Of a stretch of DNA of 64,000 nt, positions 12,469 to 25,763 are shown piece after piece. The notes beneath the pieces were generated by a model, which worked only from the letters and a program-made list of their open reading frames with translations, was not told the origin of the DNA and searched no databases. This stretch comes from Psammoneis japonica. Taxonomy: Eukaryota. The stretch is taken from NCBI GenBank assembly GCA_008632985.1, contig QPGO01000139.1:62001-126000 (forward strand), in the 5' to 3' direction. How positions within the stretch are numbered: position 1 is the stretch's first letter; the number at the start of each line of letters is the position of its first letter. The translations under genes were made by a program, and so were the position numbers.

Positions 12469-12955
12469 GATTTCAAGATTCTCTTTCTCCACGAAAGCAG
12501 CAGCAATTCATCGCCTAGTATTGACAATGAACATTTCAACTCTTTTCAATTTTAGATGCACCTTGCTTCGTTCTCTGCCGCAACAGCAGGAACACCAAAA
12601 ACTGTTGCCAATCCCAAAAAATGTCGCGCGCGCCTGATGTCCACCGTCGCGCGCGTGCAATCTTCTCCATCACGTTCAACGTGGGCACTAGTACAGTATT
12701 GCTTCTACAGATGACGTCATGGGTGACGTTCCAAATCTAAAAATATCTTGACGGATTCGGTGTCAATGACAACAACACAAGTAGTAGTAGGCCCTACAGT
12801 GTATGCATGCGAATCCGAAAGAGTAGGGAAGTAAGCATTGAGAGTTGATAACATCGAAGCAGTTCGAAGAGGTGGACAGCAAGCCGTGCTATACTTTTTT
12901 AAAAAGCAACTCTCGTCAACTTAGTCCCGTTTCAGGTGGCTTTGAGATAGTAAAG

Positions 12956-13465
12956 ATGATGCTAAAAGCTCTTGTTGCCTCGTTGTTTCTCGTTGTTCAA
13001 GCCAAGGGCTTTACAAGTCCAAAGCCCAGATGTCAGATCGCACGAACGCAGCTCTTGGAATCCATGCTGGAAGTCAAGATGCCCTCCGAGAATGAAGCTG
13101 TCTCGCTTGGTGTACGCGACTGGCCACAGCAGCTCAAGAAGGGATCTTGGTCGGAAACGGTCAATGATGGGAAAATGACTTGTGCGTACGTGCTGGACGG
13201 TTCGGCTTCTGTGCAAGTGACGCTGTTTGATGAAGCAGGTGCACCCAAGACTTCTTTGCCAACGGAACATACGTTAGTACCCGGATCTCTTTTGGAAGCC
13301 ATGGGACCAGCCAAGCTGGACTTCCGAGTCAAAGATGGCTTCGATTCGATACTCCTCCTGACGCCAGACTACCAACAGGGCACGTTGCTCGCTTTCGCTG
13401 GGACACTGTTGATAGTTCTTTGCGGTGTCCTTCTCAACGGCGGTATAAGCATAGGTGGAAACTAA
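12956..13465 (+). CDS. Cupin-like (DUF861/EutQ-like) protein, probably plastid-targeted, with a C-terminal TM helix
   Basis: Signal MMLKALVASLFLVVQAKGF, then LGVRDWP and CAYVLDGSASV...LVPGSL cupin-like strands. Confidence 0.65.
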   Translation: MMLKALVASLFLVVQAKGFTSPKPRCQIARTQLLESMLEVKMPSENEAVSLGVRDWPQQLKKGSWSETVNDGKMTCAYVLDGSASVQVTLFDEAGAPKTSLPTEHTLVPGSLLEAMGPAKLDFRVKDGFDSILLLTPDYQQGTLLAFAGTLLIVLCGVLLNGGISIGGN

Positions 13466-14959
13466 GCAGCGTCTCTAATGATATGAGGAAAGCAAATCCT
13501 GTGAAAACTATTCTGTTCGAGTACTTACGTCCAACATAAGCAAGCAACTACTTTTTACTCACATCATCAAGTAGTCGTTTGAGAAGCACTGTCATCGCTT
13601 CTCCATCTCATTATCATATCGTTCGTTTGAACATGTCGTTCACGAGCAATGAATGTTCCCAAAAGCCGAATGGCTTTATCCATTCAAGCCCTTTCCAACA
13701 CATTCTTTCTCGAAAATGCGACCCAAAAAGCTTGGGTTCCTGTCTCTCTCGAACGAACGGACGATATGATCGCACCTGCACAGTCGCCAAGTTGATTGCC
13801 TGCATCACTCTGTGGACACTCTCTGTCTCTTGTGGCAGAGGTGGGTTGTGGTGCAAGCCAAAAGGACACCAGACCTCCATCCAGAGTGCAGATTCCAAGG
13901 AGCCAGGAATTGGAGCTCTCTCTAGCTGGAGGGTCGTAAAGGGTGGGCAGTGTGGGCAGCAAGCATCACCTTGCTCTCAAATCCTCAATGTTTGATGCAA
14001 CATTGATGAAAGAAAAGAAAAAAAGAGATTGCTGCAGCCAGTTGTCTTTGGCAGAAATTGGCGAGGGGCACCAGCAAACATCCTGCGAGTGAGGCAGGCA
14101 CACTGATCTCTGGCTGGGCACACCCCAAAACAGAAAAGTCAAATGCACAGAGTGCCACTTCCAACAAACCCAGCAGCCATGCAAATGTGCAACTGAGAAT
14201 GGGTGATGACTTCCCAAGAAGAAAACAGGAGCAAAAAAGGGAGAAGGGCAGGGGTGGGGGGAGACAAAAAAAAACTGGAGTGCAAAGTGCTGTGTCTTGG
14301 CCACTGACTGCTTTGGCACCTGTCACAAGAAGATGGTTGAGAAACTCCCAGCTGTTGCACATGCAACATGTTTTGTGTTCTGCTGAAGATGGGCGTGACA
14401 TGCGAAATTCTGTGTGTTTGTGAAAACCTCAGAATTGCACACCATCGCTCAATTTGTCACTCTTTAAGTTGTTTTTCAGCTGTTCAAGACACCAATGGCA
14501 AGCAGCTTGTTCATTGAGAAAATGGCACTCTAAAACAAATTTGTGTGCATGCTGGGTTCTGACCAGCCTGGCCCAGGGATGCAAATGTCCAGTCAGACTG
14601 CCTGTGCTTGTTGTGGTCTGAACAGCTGCACAGGCCAACCTGGTGAATGGCAACAAGAAAAGCACTCTCAGCATCATGAAAACCCAGCCCAACTTTGCCA
14701 GAGAATGGGTGCCACATTTGATGGCTCCTGCAGCCTCCATGTCAACAATGCTTTTCAGTGTGCTGCTCTTCTGCCAAGTTGCAAGCAACTCTGCCTGGGC
14801 TCTTTTCTGGCCATCCCAGATTTGTTCTCTCCCTGAGACTTGTCTTCCTTGGGACCAGCTCTTGCAGAGGATTCTCACATTGCAAGACTTGCTGCATCAC
14901 AGGATTCACAGCCAAGACTTTCCTCTGGCACTCTCCACTCATGATGTCCAGATGCTGTG

Positions 14960-17900
14960 CACTCTCATCTCATCACCAACAAATGCCAACACACATTTCT
15001 CAAACAGACATCATGCTGCATTTTTGGCAAAAGCAAGTCAGAGGTTTGGTTGACTCCACTTGCCAAAATGGTGCCAATGATGCCTGCTTCTTTCAACTCC
15101 CACAGAAAAGAGCATTGTCTCACAACACCCCAATTCCAAATGAGGTCCTTTGGTCCTTTGTCATCTGCGTGCAATTTCACAGGCAGCTTTGCTGTTCACC
15201 CTTGGAGCCCAATGCTCTCATTGCAAACAACATCACATCCTGCACACACAAGATTGCACTGAACATTTCTGCCTCTGTTGCAGACAGTGTGCTGCAATTG
15301 GCATTTTGCTCTGCTGCATTGAAACAGGTGCTCCGTGCGTGAATGCAAGCCACCCATTTGCACCCCTCCCAGTCTCAGGATCCTCAGCATGCTCAGAGTT
15401 GCTCTTGCCTGTGATCTCAAATGTGCTGTTCTTGCTGCCACCCCACTTTGCACTCAGCTTCAAATGCAGCACACCATTCAGAGTCACCATGCAACACTTC
15501 ATTTTGTGCTTGATTGCTTCACAATGCACTGCTGCTGCTCCTTCCATGAACTTTGATGACTCCCTGACAGAAATCAACAACTCTGGTCATGTTCAGTGCA
15601 TCATGTGCAGCAGCTTTCCAACTTGAGAATGACACTTCTGTTGCTCAGCCTTGCTCACAGCAGATTCATGCTTCACCAATCATGAGTGTAGATCCACCTG
15701 CAGATGGGGGCACTTGGTGTCTTTCCTTCTGGCAAGTCAAACTTGTCTTCAAAACTCTGAACCATGGCTGGTTGTGTCAGCTTTGTGCTGCCACTCTCTT
15801 GATCAACATCAATCTTCCACCCAACATGCTCTTTGAGTTCTCCAATTTTGCTGCACTCAACAAATTCATTGTTTGTTTGTTGGCTTCTTGAACATGGTGT
15901 TTTGGCCCACAAATGAAGCAATCATCAATGCAAGGCAACCACATGACCAATCCATCAATGAACCATTTGAGCTGCAAACAAGGATCAGCCTTGCTCCTTT
16001 TGTGCTTCATCTTCTTAAAAGCCAGGTTGTTTTCCCCCCACCAAAATGTCACAATGACAGTGCAACATCTCCTGGGTGGAGCTGCTCAAATCCTTGGGAC
16101 ACTTCCATGTGCATGTTTGCCTTCTGCAAATGAGCCATTAAAAAGTTCTTTTCACACATCCAATGACTTGGCCCACCAGCACAAAGCCACCAGCATCATT
16201 GTCAACACAGCTCTTGTTGCACTGTTGTTTGCAGCTGGTGGTGTGCCAACAACATGTCTGATTCTTTGTGATGCTCTTTTTCTGCCTGCTCACATCTGCC
16301 AGCATTCATGCAAGCCCTGAACTCTCTGTTTGCTTCTCTCTTCCCACTGCCCAGGTCAAACTTGGAATTTTTGCATCTTGGGAAATTTCTTTGCAATCTT
16401 TTGGCACTCTAAAACTTCATGCACTGCAAACTTGTGATGCTCTTCTCCTGCAGCTTTGTCCAAATGTGCAGCATCAGCTGCATTCGTTGCTTCATCACAT
16501 TTTGTGACTCTTGGCTCTGACATGTTTCCAAATCTGTGTTGCCCACCAGCCTGGCTCCAATGAGTGCCAGATCAGGCATCTCTGGTGCAAAAAGAGCCAG
16601 CTCATTCAGCTCACACATTGCATCACAAAAAACCTTTCTTCTGCTGGGGTCAATCTAGCTTCGCACCTTGCTGCTCTAACTTCACAATTGCTCAGCGCTG
16701 ATGGCACTTCAACTGTCCTCCCAGATTGGGTTGTTGGCATTTCCACAGTCTCTTCCCTGCTGACAGACTTGTTGTCACCAGAGGCACAAAAAAAAATCAT
16801 CGCCATCGCAGTTGTCATTGTTGCAACAATCGTCAGCAATTTCATCAGCAGCAGCAGCAGCCTTGTCATCATCACCATCTTGGCTCTCCCCAACTTCAAT
16901 GTCAGCAGCAGTTTGATCACCAACTTCTGGTGTCAACTCCAAAATCAGGTGCATCATCATCTCAAATGTTGGCTTGACATGGCACACCTGATGCAACCAA
17001 ATGTCATCATGAGCAGCACACTTTGTCTTTGTGGTTGGTGTGGAAGCTCAGGCTCAACAGCAGATCAACTGTGTGTGCCAGAAGATCAAATTTTTTAACC
17101 ATGGAATTGCTCACTTTGAATGATGAACACAGGGGGCTTTTCAATGGTGCATTTCCTTGGTTGCAACAGAGCAAACAATGGCACACACACTGAATGCATC
17201 AAAAATCACCTCTGCCAGTCTCCAACACATGAGATCATGTGTGAGCCACCATTGGTTTGCCTCAGCAATGTGCCTGCAAAAATTTGTAGAGCTGGTTCCT
17301 TTTCCTTTTTCCCATTGGCCCCTTCATGGAGATGCAATTGGAAAAATCATTGTTGCATGGCAACAACAACAAGAGACTGTTTGAATGCAAAAACAAGAAA
17401 ATTGAATGAGGGTCAATCTTTTGAACCAAATGATTGGGTCTGCCAGCCCCATTTTTCAATGGTTGGGTCACACATTTTGCCACAATCTCCATCATGATCT
17501 TTGGCATGTCCAATGATCATGCAGCATGCTCCATGATCTACAAGAACCCTTCCCATCACTTTGTTTTTTTGATTTTTGCTGTGCACCAGCCTCTCCCCAA
17601 GCCTGAAGATGCTTTGCAAACTTTGTGTTTTTGCCCATCCAATGTTCACATTGAGTGGCCACCTTCCCACCAAGCTCAAAGACTGTCTGTCCATTGAGCA
17701 ATGTTGCCATCATGAGTGCTGCTGGGAACATCTGGTGGCACACTTCCATCAGCACATTGGCTGCTGCTCACATCATTGCTTGCTTGTGATTTGCAATGCT
17801 TGCCAGCCCCAACTCAGAGCCAAGTGACTCTGCTGTGGGGTGTCTTGTGTCTCTTGCTGTGAGAACTTGAGCTGCATGTTCATCTCTTCCAGCCCTTGCT

Positions 17901-18170
17901 CTGGGCTTGTCTGTGCAGCAACTTGTTCTCTCATGTGTTGTTGGGCTGTGTGGACTCAACTTTCTTGTTGGCATTTTTCCAATGACTCTGCTGCTCCAAA
18001 TCAGGTTCTGCCATGCAGTTCTTTGCATCATGGAAAACAGAGAATTTTAGTTGAGGCTCTTCTTCTCTGCCATCATGTGCTGGGAGGAGTGTTGCCCCAT
18101 CTTTCTTTTGTTTGACAGAAGTGACATCCCAGAAGTGACATTCAAAATGCTTTGCTCCCACTCATCTCAG
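14960..18170 (-). mobile_element. Ty1/copia (CoDi-like) retrotransposon pol remnant, frameshifted
   Basis: RT: KRSKADPCL..W...LVMWLPCIDDCFICG (YVDD motif decayed), GELKEHVGWKID and LTQPAMVQSFEDKF. RNase H: ITGKSNSEHAEDPETGRGANGW and DDKGPKDLIWNW...FLWELKEAGII. Integrase-tail DDIWLHQVC. Confidence 0.88.
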
Positions 18171-21100
18171 CTGGTTCATGCTCACTTCTTTCCTGAGGCA
18201 CACATTCTTTTGCTTTGCATGCTGCATGTGTGCTCTGATCCAAGAAGGATTTTTGCTGTCTTGTGAGCTGCATCTTTGCCAAAGTGTCCAACCTTGCCAT
18301 GTGCACCACTCTGATGTCCATTTTTGGTTGAATGCAATGCAGGGCTTGTCCGGGAGATGAAGCTGGCTGGGAGATGGCACCACACATGAAATGGCACAAG
18401 ACATCTGCTGGTGGCATCCTTGACATCATGGTTTGTCTGGCTGGCTGTTTGGCTGCCATCATGGCTGGGTCAGACACAGGGTGTGCTCACTTGCCCAACC
18501 TCAATGGCAAGGGAAAAATCACAAGAGCTGAAATCAATGCCTGGGAGGATGAAACATTTGCCATTCCCCACATTCCCATGTTTGAGGACATTGCACCTCT
18601 CTTCATTGTGGAGATCTTCCTCCCATCGGATGTCATGGGAAACAACGCCATTGACTGGACTGACATTGCCAGCTTGATGATGCCATGGAGAACATCTCCA
18701 ACACTTCAAGCAAGACATCTGAGAAAACCAAAGAGTTCATTTTCATGTTTGAGAATTTCTGCATTGGAGATTCCCAGCATGGCAGCAGTGATGAGTCATG
18801 CAACAATCTTGTGCTTGGTTGCAGGTCCAAGCAAGACAACGGATTCTTGCCTTGCTTTCAGGACAGTCAGTGCTGTTCAGACCACTGCATCAATCTGCTT
18901 CATTGAGGTGCTGCTGAGTTGTCAATGGAGAAATTTGCACCTTGGACAAAGCACATGTGAATCCGTCACTTGTGCTGGCATCTGCAGTGCTTGCTGCAGC
19001 CTTGACCATGACTGCAGTCCCAATGAATGGTGCCACATTAAATCCAGCCCAGACATTCACCAACCAAAAAAAAATCTTGCAAGTGTCACAACTGGCGGCT
19101 TTGTTGTCTTTATTGACACAAGAAAATGGGCCACAAATCATTGTGCAGCAGCAGACCAACTTGAGGTGCAGCAAGGGGTGCAAGGATTGGCATTGTGGCC
19201 CTTTTCCTTGCCAGAGTTGTTCACTCTTGCTCTGTGGAATGGACAAAATGTGGAGCCATTGCTGTGCAGAGTGCAGATGGAGGGACGGGGATCAAGGCAC
19301 GTGTTGCAACTGGGAACATGTTGCAGGTGAAGAATGGTGAAGCAGGGGTGCATCAAGTGCATTGTTGCTTGCCAAGGCACTCAACCAATGGTCTCTGCCT
19401 TCTTCTGGCTACAAGACAGTGAGTCAACCCATGCTGTCACATGGGTCTGAGTTGTGGACACTCACCAATCACATCCATTGCACGTTGCAGAGTTTTTGCT
19501 AGCCATGGCCCACTTCAAAGCATGAGGACAGTGCAGATGAGACATTTGAGTGGGTGAAACAAACAACAGAGCATGTCTGTCATTAGAGGCAGTGCCTGAT
19601 GCAGTGCCATGTGACAACAAAAAGCCTCTTCTTTGCCATCTGCAGTCATGGTGCAAATGGCGCCAGTCAGCAGGAATTTTGGCTGGAGCATTTTGATGTT
19701 CTTCGACAGGCAGCAGGTCAATGCATGGCACCAGTCCACAGATCACTTGCACTCCAAAAATGGGGCACAGTGCAGTGCTGCTGTTGTGCCCACCACTGCT
19801 GCCATGCACAGCAGGAGAAATGTGATCCTGCCAGCCACAGAGTTGGAATCAACGGCACTCTGTGTGCCAGCAAACAAAAGGCAGCATGTGGCAAGCATGT
19901 CACCCCCACCACCACCCAGCAAAGCATTAGCCAGACAGTGAAGCTTTCTGTGAGGGCACTCAGATGACAATGAGTGGGGCTGTCAACAGATCTTGTTGTT
20001 CTGCCCACAAGCGGTGTCTTGAAAAGAGTGCAAAATTAAATGACGACATGCCCTGCACATGTCACATCAGTCACACACAGCTTCTTGGCTTGCATCAGCT
20101 GTCACTGCAGTTTTGCACTGTTTGTCATTCTCCTCATGGAGCAAAAAGCAACTGGCTGAGTCTGTGGCACAGACTTTGTGATGCTGAAAAAGAGAGCAGA
20201 ATGCCATGATGTGCAGCAAAGGTTGGAGACAGGCAGCAATGAGAGCTGTGCTCTTGAGGATGAGACAGTTGCAGGTTTTTCGTGTGTCTTTCTTGCTGGC
20301 TGCAACTGTGCCAGCAGTGCCAGGAAAAATGCCAACAAGGAAAAAAGCCATTCCCAAGGCCTCACAGGTGCATGAAGCCACCTGTGAAAATGTTTTTTCT
20401 TGCCCACAACCATGATTTCACTGTTCAATTGTGCACATGGCATGACTTTGTGTTGGCAAATCTCCAGCAAAACATTTGTCAACAAGTGCAGCTCCATGCA
20501 GCATTGCTTTGAAGCTGTGCATCATGCATGGCTTCATGACCCTGCAACATCAAATCCTTGCAGAGCAGTTTTGTGCAACATGTGCTGCAGCACATTGCTT
20601 GAAAAAGCTGCACAGCCCACACTGTTCCATCTGCCTCACTTCATGTCAAATTTTCACATCACAGAGAAGCACAGCTTTGTGCATTTTGACTTGAGAAGAA
20701 AAATGTGGGGCTGTGGCAGCTGTCATTGCTGTTGCACTTTCAGAGCAAATCTCTCACTGTTGCTGCCAAACAAACTCTTTTGAGGGCCTTTCAATTCCTT
20801 GCTTTTGACTGTCAGAGATGTCTTCTGTGTGCTCCAACAAATTTCTTTCTCAGTCAGCGACTGTCAGCTGAGAGCATGGTTGCTTTTTGGACACAGTGCA
20901 TCTGATGAGGCAATGAGCATGTGCAAGATTTTGCTTCCAATCACTTTTGCATCAATGCTCTTTTTCCATTGCCGACACTTTTTCCCAATGAGATCTGGTT
21001 CACACACATGCTCTCAAAATTCTTGTTCTCACGCAAACCCATGGATGTGTGCACAAACACATTGCAGCACTCTTGGCAAATTTGCTCAGTTGTGCATGTC

Positions 21101-21935
21101 ATCCTTTGCAACACTGTCACAGAACACATCAGCACACCCTGCTCTGCCTGCACCCCCAAGCTGCAATGCACACATGTGTTGAGGTGGCCCCCCTGTGTTG
21201 TGTCCTTGCATTGAGGATGTGTGTGACACAAACAGCACACAGTCATTCAGTGTTCTGAAAGCAACTCATAAAAAGTCAAACAACATGAAGAGTGGCCATG
21301 AGGTGAGATGAGTTGATGGGTGTTGCCCCCTGCAACATGGTGCAACATGCAACAAGAAGAGCTGCTGTGGCAGTCTGTCTGCACAATGACTGGTGCTGGG
21401 GCATGACTTTTCAGCACACACACAACAAATGAAGCACTCAATGGGCAAAACATTGGGCTCTTGTCAGTTGGAGTTGCAAAAATTCTCATCATCAACCATG
21501 TGCTGGGGGACCCATGCACCATCACCACCAGATGCATTGATTTGCATTGCACTTTTGTTGGTGCAATCTCATCCTCCACAGCACCACACCTTCCAATGTT
21601 TGTTTGTTGGCTGATGCAGCCACTGGTGCAGAGCAATCAATGGTCCTTGGCAATGGAGCCTGCAGCTGGGAAGCTCATTGTTGGCAGAGTTTATGTGGGC
21701 TTTTGTCACAAGGCACCATCTTTTTGTTGACTGTTGCACTGCTGATTCTAGCATCAAAATTGCTGCCAGCCATGCATGCTGTGACAACAACACAATGAAT
21801 TGGTTTGTGCATCAGCTTCATTGTGCAACATGCTGGACCACACAGAAGAAATGTGAGAGCAGCATTTGTTGATGCAAGGCCTTTTTCATTTTTCACATCA
21901 AAGTTTTTGCAAGGGCTGCTCTCAAGGCCATGCAC

Positions 21936-22084
21936 GCTGTTTGGTGTTGAGTGAAAGCACTCAAGTTGGATTCTCCATTGCAAGTCAGATGTGAGTTGCC
22001 CAGCTCTTTGCTGTTTGGTGTGGAGTGAAAGCACTCAAGTTGGATTCTCCATTGTGAGTCAGATGTGAGTTGCCCAGCTCTTTG
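21936..22084. repeat. Two-copy tandem repeat, unit about 74 bp
   Basis: gtgaaagcactcaagttggattctccattg(ca/tg)agtcagatgtgagttgcccagctctttg occurs twice. Confidence 0.9.
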
Positions 22085-22809
22085 GAGTGGTGTGCACACC
22101 ACAAACACTGTTTGCATCACATTTCCATGCTCAACCAGAAGAGCCATGAACAATGATTGCAATTTTCACATTGGTGCTTGTTGTTTCCACCCATGCTCAA
22201 TTTACAGTGTTGTTAACTGCACTCTGTTTTGCGCTTCAATTCACAATTAATCTCACAATGATTGCCTGTTTGAGGTCACACACATGTCTTTTTTTTTTAC
22301 ATCTTGTTGGTTTTCACAAATGACAGTTGCAACCACATTGAATTCACCTTTGTTTTGCTCTGTTTCTGCTGCACTTCTCTCTGTTTTTTTCATTGGGCAC
22401 TGCACAACTTGTCCTCTGATTCAATTTGTGCTTGTGACAATGGTGCACCCCTGTCACAATCCACTTTGTTCTGGTTGCATGTCTGACAACAACAACAAGC
22501 ACACTCTCTGCAAACAATTTCAAAGGCATCCCCAGTGTTCTTCATTCTTTTCCATTTTGGCCTCAACAATGCACCTCCATCTCCCATTGGCTCTTTGAGC
22601 AATGCTGCTGCATCATGCTCTTTGGATCCATCAGGATCTCTCAACCATTCCCTTGACTCAAGCACTGATGGATTCATGCCAATGTCCCTTCCAGATGGCA
22701 ATCCACTGTTTTTGTCTCCCCTCTTTTCAGTGCCTCCTGCTTGCAATCAAGAATCTCGCTCCATGAATGACGGCAACATCTCTGTCAATCAGCAAGGTGG
22801 GGAGTTGTT

Positions 22810-23880
22810 TTTTTAACTGCAGCAGTGATTCCCAATGTTTGCCAGAGACAGGCATGGCAATGCTGACATCAGCTGGGTGGAGGAAGGGGCAATCTGGGAG
22901 AAGATTTGCAGGTTCAAGGTGAACATCATTGGATGAATGACACAATTTTGCAAGAGGCCTGAGGGTATGTGCATTGATGAAGACAGTGTCACAAATGCCA
23001 TTGGGCAACTTGGATTTGGGTTTGACTTGCAGGGAAAGGCATGATTGCCAAAGGCACCAAGGGTGGCATGTCCACAGGGACAAGGAGCATCAATGAGGCA
23101 CCACGGAGGCAGCATGGGCAAATGCAGCTTGCACTGAGTCGCCACAGTGCACTTGTCAGAGGCAAGGCAAGAGAGAGGTGTGTGTGTGGTGTGTGAGAGG
23201 AGAGAGAGAGTGAAGTGGGAGGCTGGCAAGGGGAGATCAAAGGGAGGAAAGAGGGGGGTGGACATCAGAAGGAGCATCATTGGCATGGGCAGCGGTGATG
23301 GTTGTGCTGTTGATGAGCACGGCAGAGAGACAGTGTGGCAGGCCAGGAAGAAGCGGTGTTGCTGACTTGACCAGAGCAGAGAGAGTTGGAGAGGAGAAGG
23401 GTGAGTCAGAAGCAAGGGTTTTGGAGGCAAAGTGTTGGAAGACAGCACACCAGCAAAGGTGAAAGCGAGGATTGTTCCAGGAGGAGAGAGACAGTCAGAA
23501 GCAGTGTGGGAGCTCACGGGATTCTCCAGAAGGAAGTTGTGCTCTGTGCCAAAGCAGAAGGATCAGAGCAAGGAGATGAGGAAGGAGGGGACGACAGTGG
23601 CAGCAGGATCCCTGAGGCCAAAGCCGCCAAGAGAGGTGGGGAGAAATGCATCAGCAAGGGAGCGGGGAGGAAAAGGGCTGGTGTGCTGGTGTGCATCGAA
23701 GGAAGTGGTGGATGGTGTCAAGGAGAGAGTCTTGGAAGGAAGAGGTCCAAAGAATGGGGTCGGGTGGGTTGTCGGGGTCAAAGTTGTAATGGAAATCAGC
23801 ACCAAGCAGATGGACCGAAGAAGTGACAAAGCTGTGCATTGCAGTGTTTTGCTGGAGAGTGCGTCGTCGTGATGCACAGA
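22810..23880 (-). mobile_element. CRE-like non-LTR retrotransposon 3' remnant (RT thumb, zinc finger, restriction-like endonuclease)
   Basis: FLPTSLGGFGLRD, then CPCGHATLGAFGNHAFPCK...NGICD (C-C-H-C finger), then HPADVSI (RPAD/PD-D RLE motif). Confidence 0.7.
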
Positions 23881-24097
23881 AACTGGTGTGATGCAAAAAA
23901 AACGTAGAATTCCAGTCGAGTTATTCGGAATCTGCTGTTGTGTGCCTGCACAAGGCACAAGGGTGCACCGCAGTCACTGGACCCTTTGTGGTACGGTGTG
24001 CGGTAGAGTCAAGTGAGGCCATTGTTTTTGCCATTGCTCCATTGCGTTGGACTTGTTGGCTTTCACCACCGTCTTTCCCTCCTTGCTTCGCTTCTGA

Positions 24098-25063
24098 ATG
24101 AAACTTGCTATTAAAATAGTTCGGTTGTTCCTTGGAAACATTGCAATGTCAAAAGAATCAGTCATGCCATCAGGACAGCGCGGCGTCCCCGCAAAGGCTT
24201 TGTTTGCCACCATGCCGTCTTTGGCCGAAACCGATTCGTCGTCCTTCAACGATGACTCGCATGCATCAAACCTCCCAACATTTGATGTGTATCCATTGTC
24301 ACATCTTGAAGGTTTGACAAAGCAGCAGCAAGAGCAGCGCTTCGTCAAGCTGCATGTGATTCGTCATGCCGAAGGCACGCACAATGTCAATAAGGAATAC
24401 CGTGACTTGAAACATTTGGATGCTAGACTTACCCCGAAAGGAAAGGAACAATGCGCTGATCGGGCACAAGCAGGTGGCTATAGCGAACCGCAGCTTATTG
24501 TCACGAGTCCATTGACCCGCTGTGTCGAAACCGCTCATCTTTCCTTCCCTAGCTTGGTAGACAAAGTTCCGGTAGTAGCTCACGAATCGATACGAGAGAC
24601 CGTCAATTACAGTTGCGATCGTAGGCGACGCCGTTCTGAAGTTGCTCCAGAGTTTCCCCGTGTCGATTTTTCATTGGTACAAGAGCATGACGAGATTTGG
24701 AATGGCTACGAAGAGCGCTTGGGATCAAGTCATTCAGGGCATCGAGAGAGTGGTGAACTTCACGTTGTGGCGAATCGAGGGCGGGATTTCTTTTCGTGGT
24801 TATACGGACAAGAGGATAAAAGCGAGGTGATTTTATGCAGTCACGCTGCATTTCTTAGGTGTATCTTTGGATTTGGACAGAAAGGTGGCGTCCTCAATGC
24901 ACCGCCCCAATCTCTGGATTCCCGAGAGGAGCCTAGGCAAGATGTTCCTGTTTTCAGATACCGTGGAAGTGATGACGATTTTGAAAGAAACATGCGGAAA
25001 GATTTTTCCAACTGTGAAATGAGATCGCTTGTTGTGGCATTTCCAAAGGAGTTGTCAAAGTAG
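24098..25063 (+). CDS. Histidine phosphatase / phosphoglycerate mutase-like protein
   Basis: VIRHAEGTHN catalytic motif, DARLTPKGKEQ, IVTSPLTRCVET and CSHAAFL. Confidence 0.92.
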   Translation: MKLAIKIVRLFLGNIAMSKESVMPSGQRGVPAKALFATMPSLAETDSSSFNDDSHASNLPTFDVYPLSHLEGLTKQQQEQRFVKLHVIRHAEGTHNVNKEYRDLKHLDARLTPKGKEQCADRAQAGGYSEPQLIVTSPLTRCVETAHLSFPSLVDKVPVVAHESIRETVNYSCDRRRRRSEVAPEFPRVDFSLVQEHDEIWNGYEERLGSSHSGHRESGELHVVANRGRDFFSWLYGQEDKSEVILCSHAAFLRCIFGFGQKGGVLNAPPQSLDSREEPRQDVPVFRYRGSDDDFERNMRKDFSNCEMRSLVVAFPKELSK

Positions 25064-25398
25064 AGAAGGCATCTAGCAGAATGAACGACAAGCTATGCTA
25101 TCAACTGGAGTATCAAATAATTTAGATAACCTTCAAAGCCTCCCAAAAGCCAAAAGCGTTTGCGAAGGAAAAACGGAATGACGACTGGCTTGCGAATCGA
25201 GAGTGTACTTCTAATCTAGCATCGTGGCGTTGAGGCTTCTGTGACTATACGGCACTTCTTTCAGCGCAAGATACCTACTAGTACCCGATCCAACGGCACA
25301 GAGCACGCCTGCTGCAAACATGGCGATTTCTTAGAGTTTGGTAGCTTTGCGTTCCGCGCGCTGTCTCTGCACCATCTCCAATTTGCAATGCGGGGGTG

Positions 25399-25560
25399 AC
25401 CTCTACTCTAGAGGGCCCTACTTCTACTCTAGACTAGAAGTAGCTCTCTAGACAGAGTCTAGCTCTAGACAGAGTCTAGAGGGCCTCTACCCTCTACCGT
25501 ACTATGATAGAGAGGGCCCTGACATAACATACCTATTGTAGGAACTAGGCCTATGGTACG
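25399..25560. repeat. CTAG/CTAC/GGGCCC low-complexity island
   Basis: ctctactctagagggccctac...ctctagacagagtctag (x2)...agagggccct. Confidence 0.8.
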
Positions 25561-25763
25561 AGCACCGACGTGGCCGTACTCGTGACTCCGGAAGATGCAA
25601 CACGTGACTGAAGAAGAAGCCGCATCGCGAGTTGCGATTTGGCGATTTGCGATCGATGGATGCGCTCAGAGCGCGTAGGGCCCTAGTAGGGCCCGCCCTA
25701 GCGCCTCATCGTTCTCCTACCGTACGGTATGCAGGTATGATGTTGTCCACAACGCACTTCAAA

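Larger units (their letters stand above)
13900..23950. mobile_element. About 10-kb nest of decayed transposons (hypermutated block)
   Basis: Near absence of CG and TA. Contains the copia and CRE-like remnants listed separately. Confidence 0.85.

Noticed and set aside
13614..13898. Minus-strand 94-aa ORF at the block edge
   Set aside because: No recognisable motif. It may be a truncated gene end but cannot be supported.
14400..18900. LTRs for the copia remnant
   Set aside because: No TG...CA direct repeat pair could be found by eye.
13900..23950. Dense overlapping Cys/His/Met-rich ORFs in all six frames (also at 27-33, 37-38 and 57-64 kb)
   Set aside because: Artefact of TA loss. TAA/TAG stops are removed and TG/CA create Cys, His and ATG codons. 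These are not real metal-binding proteins.
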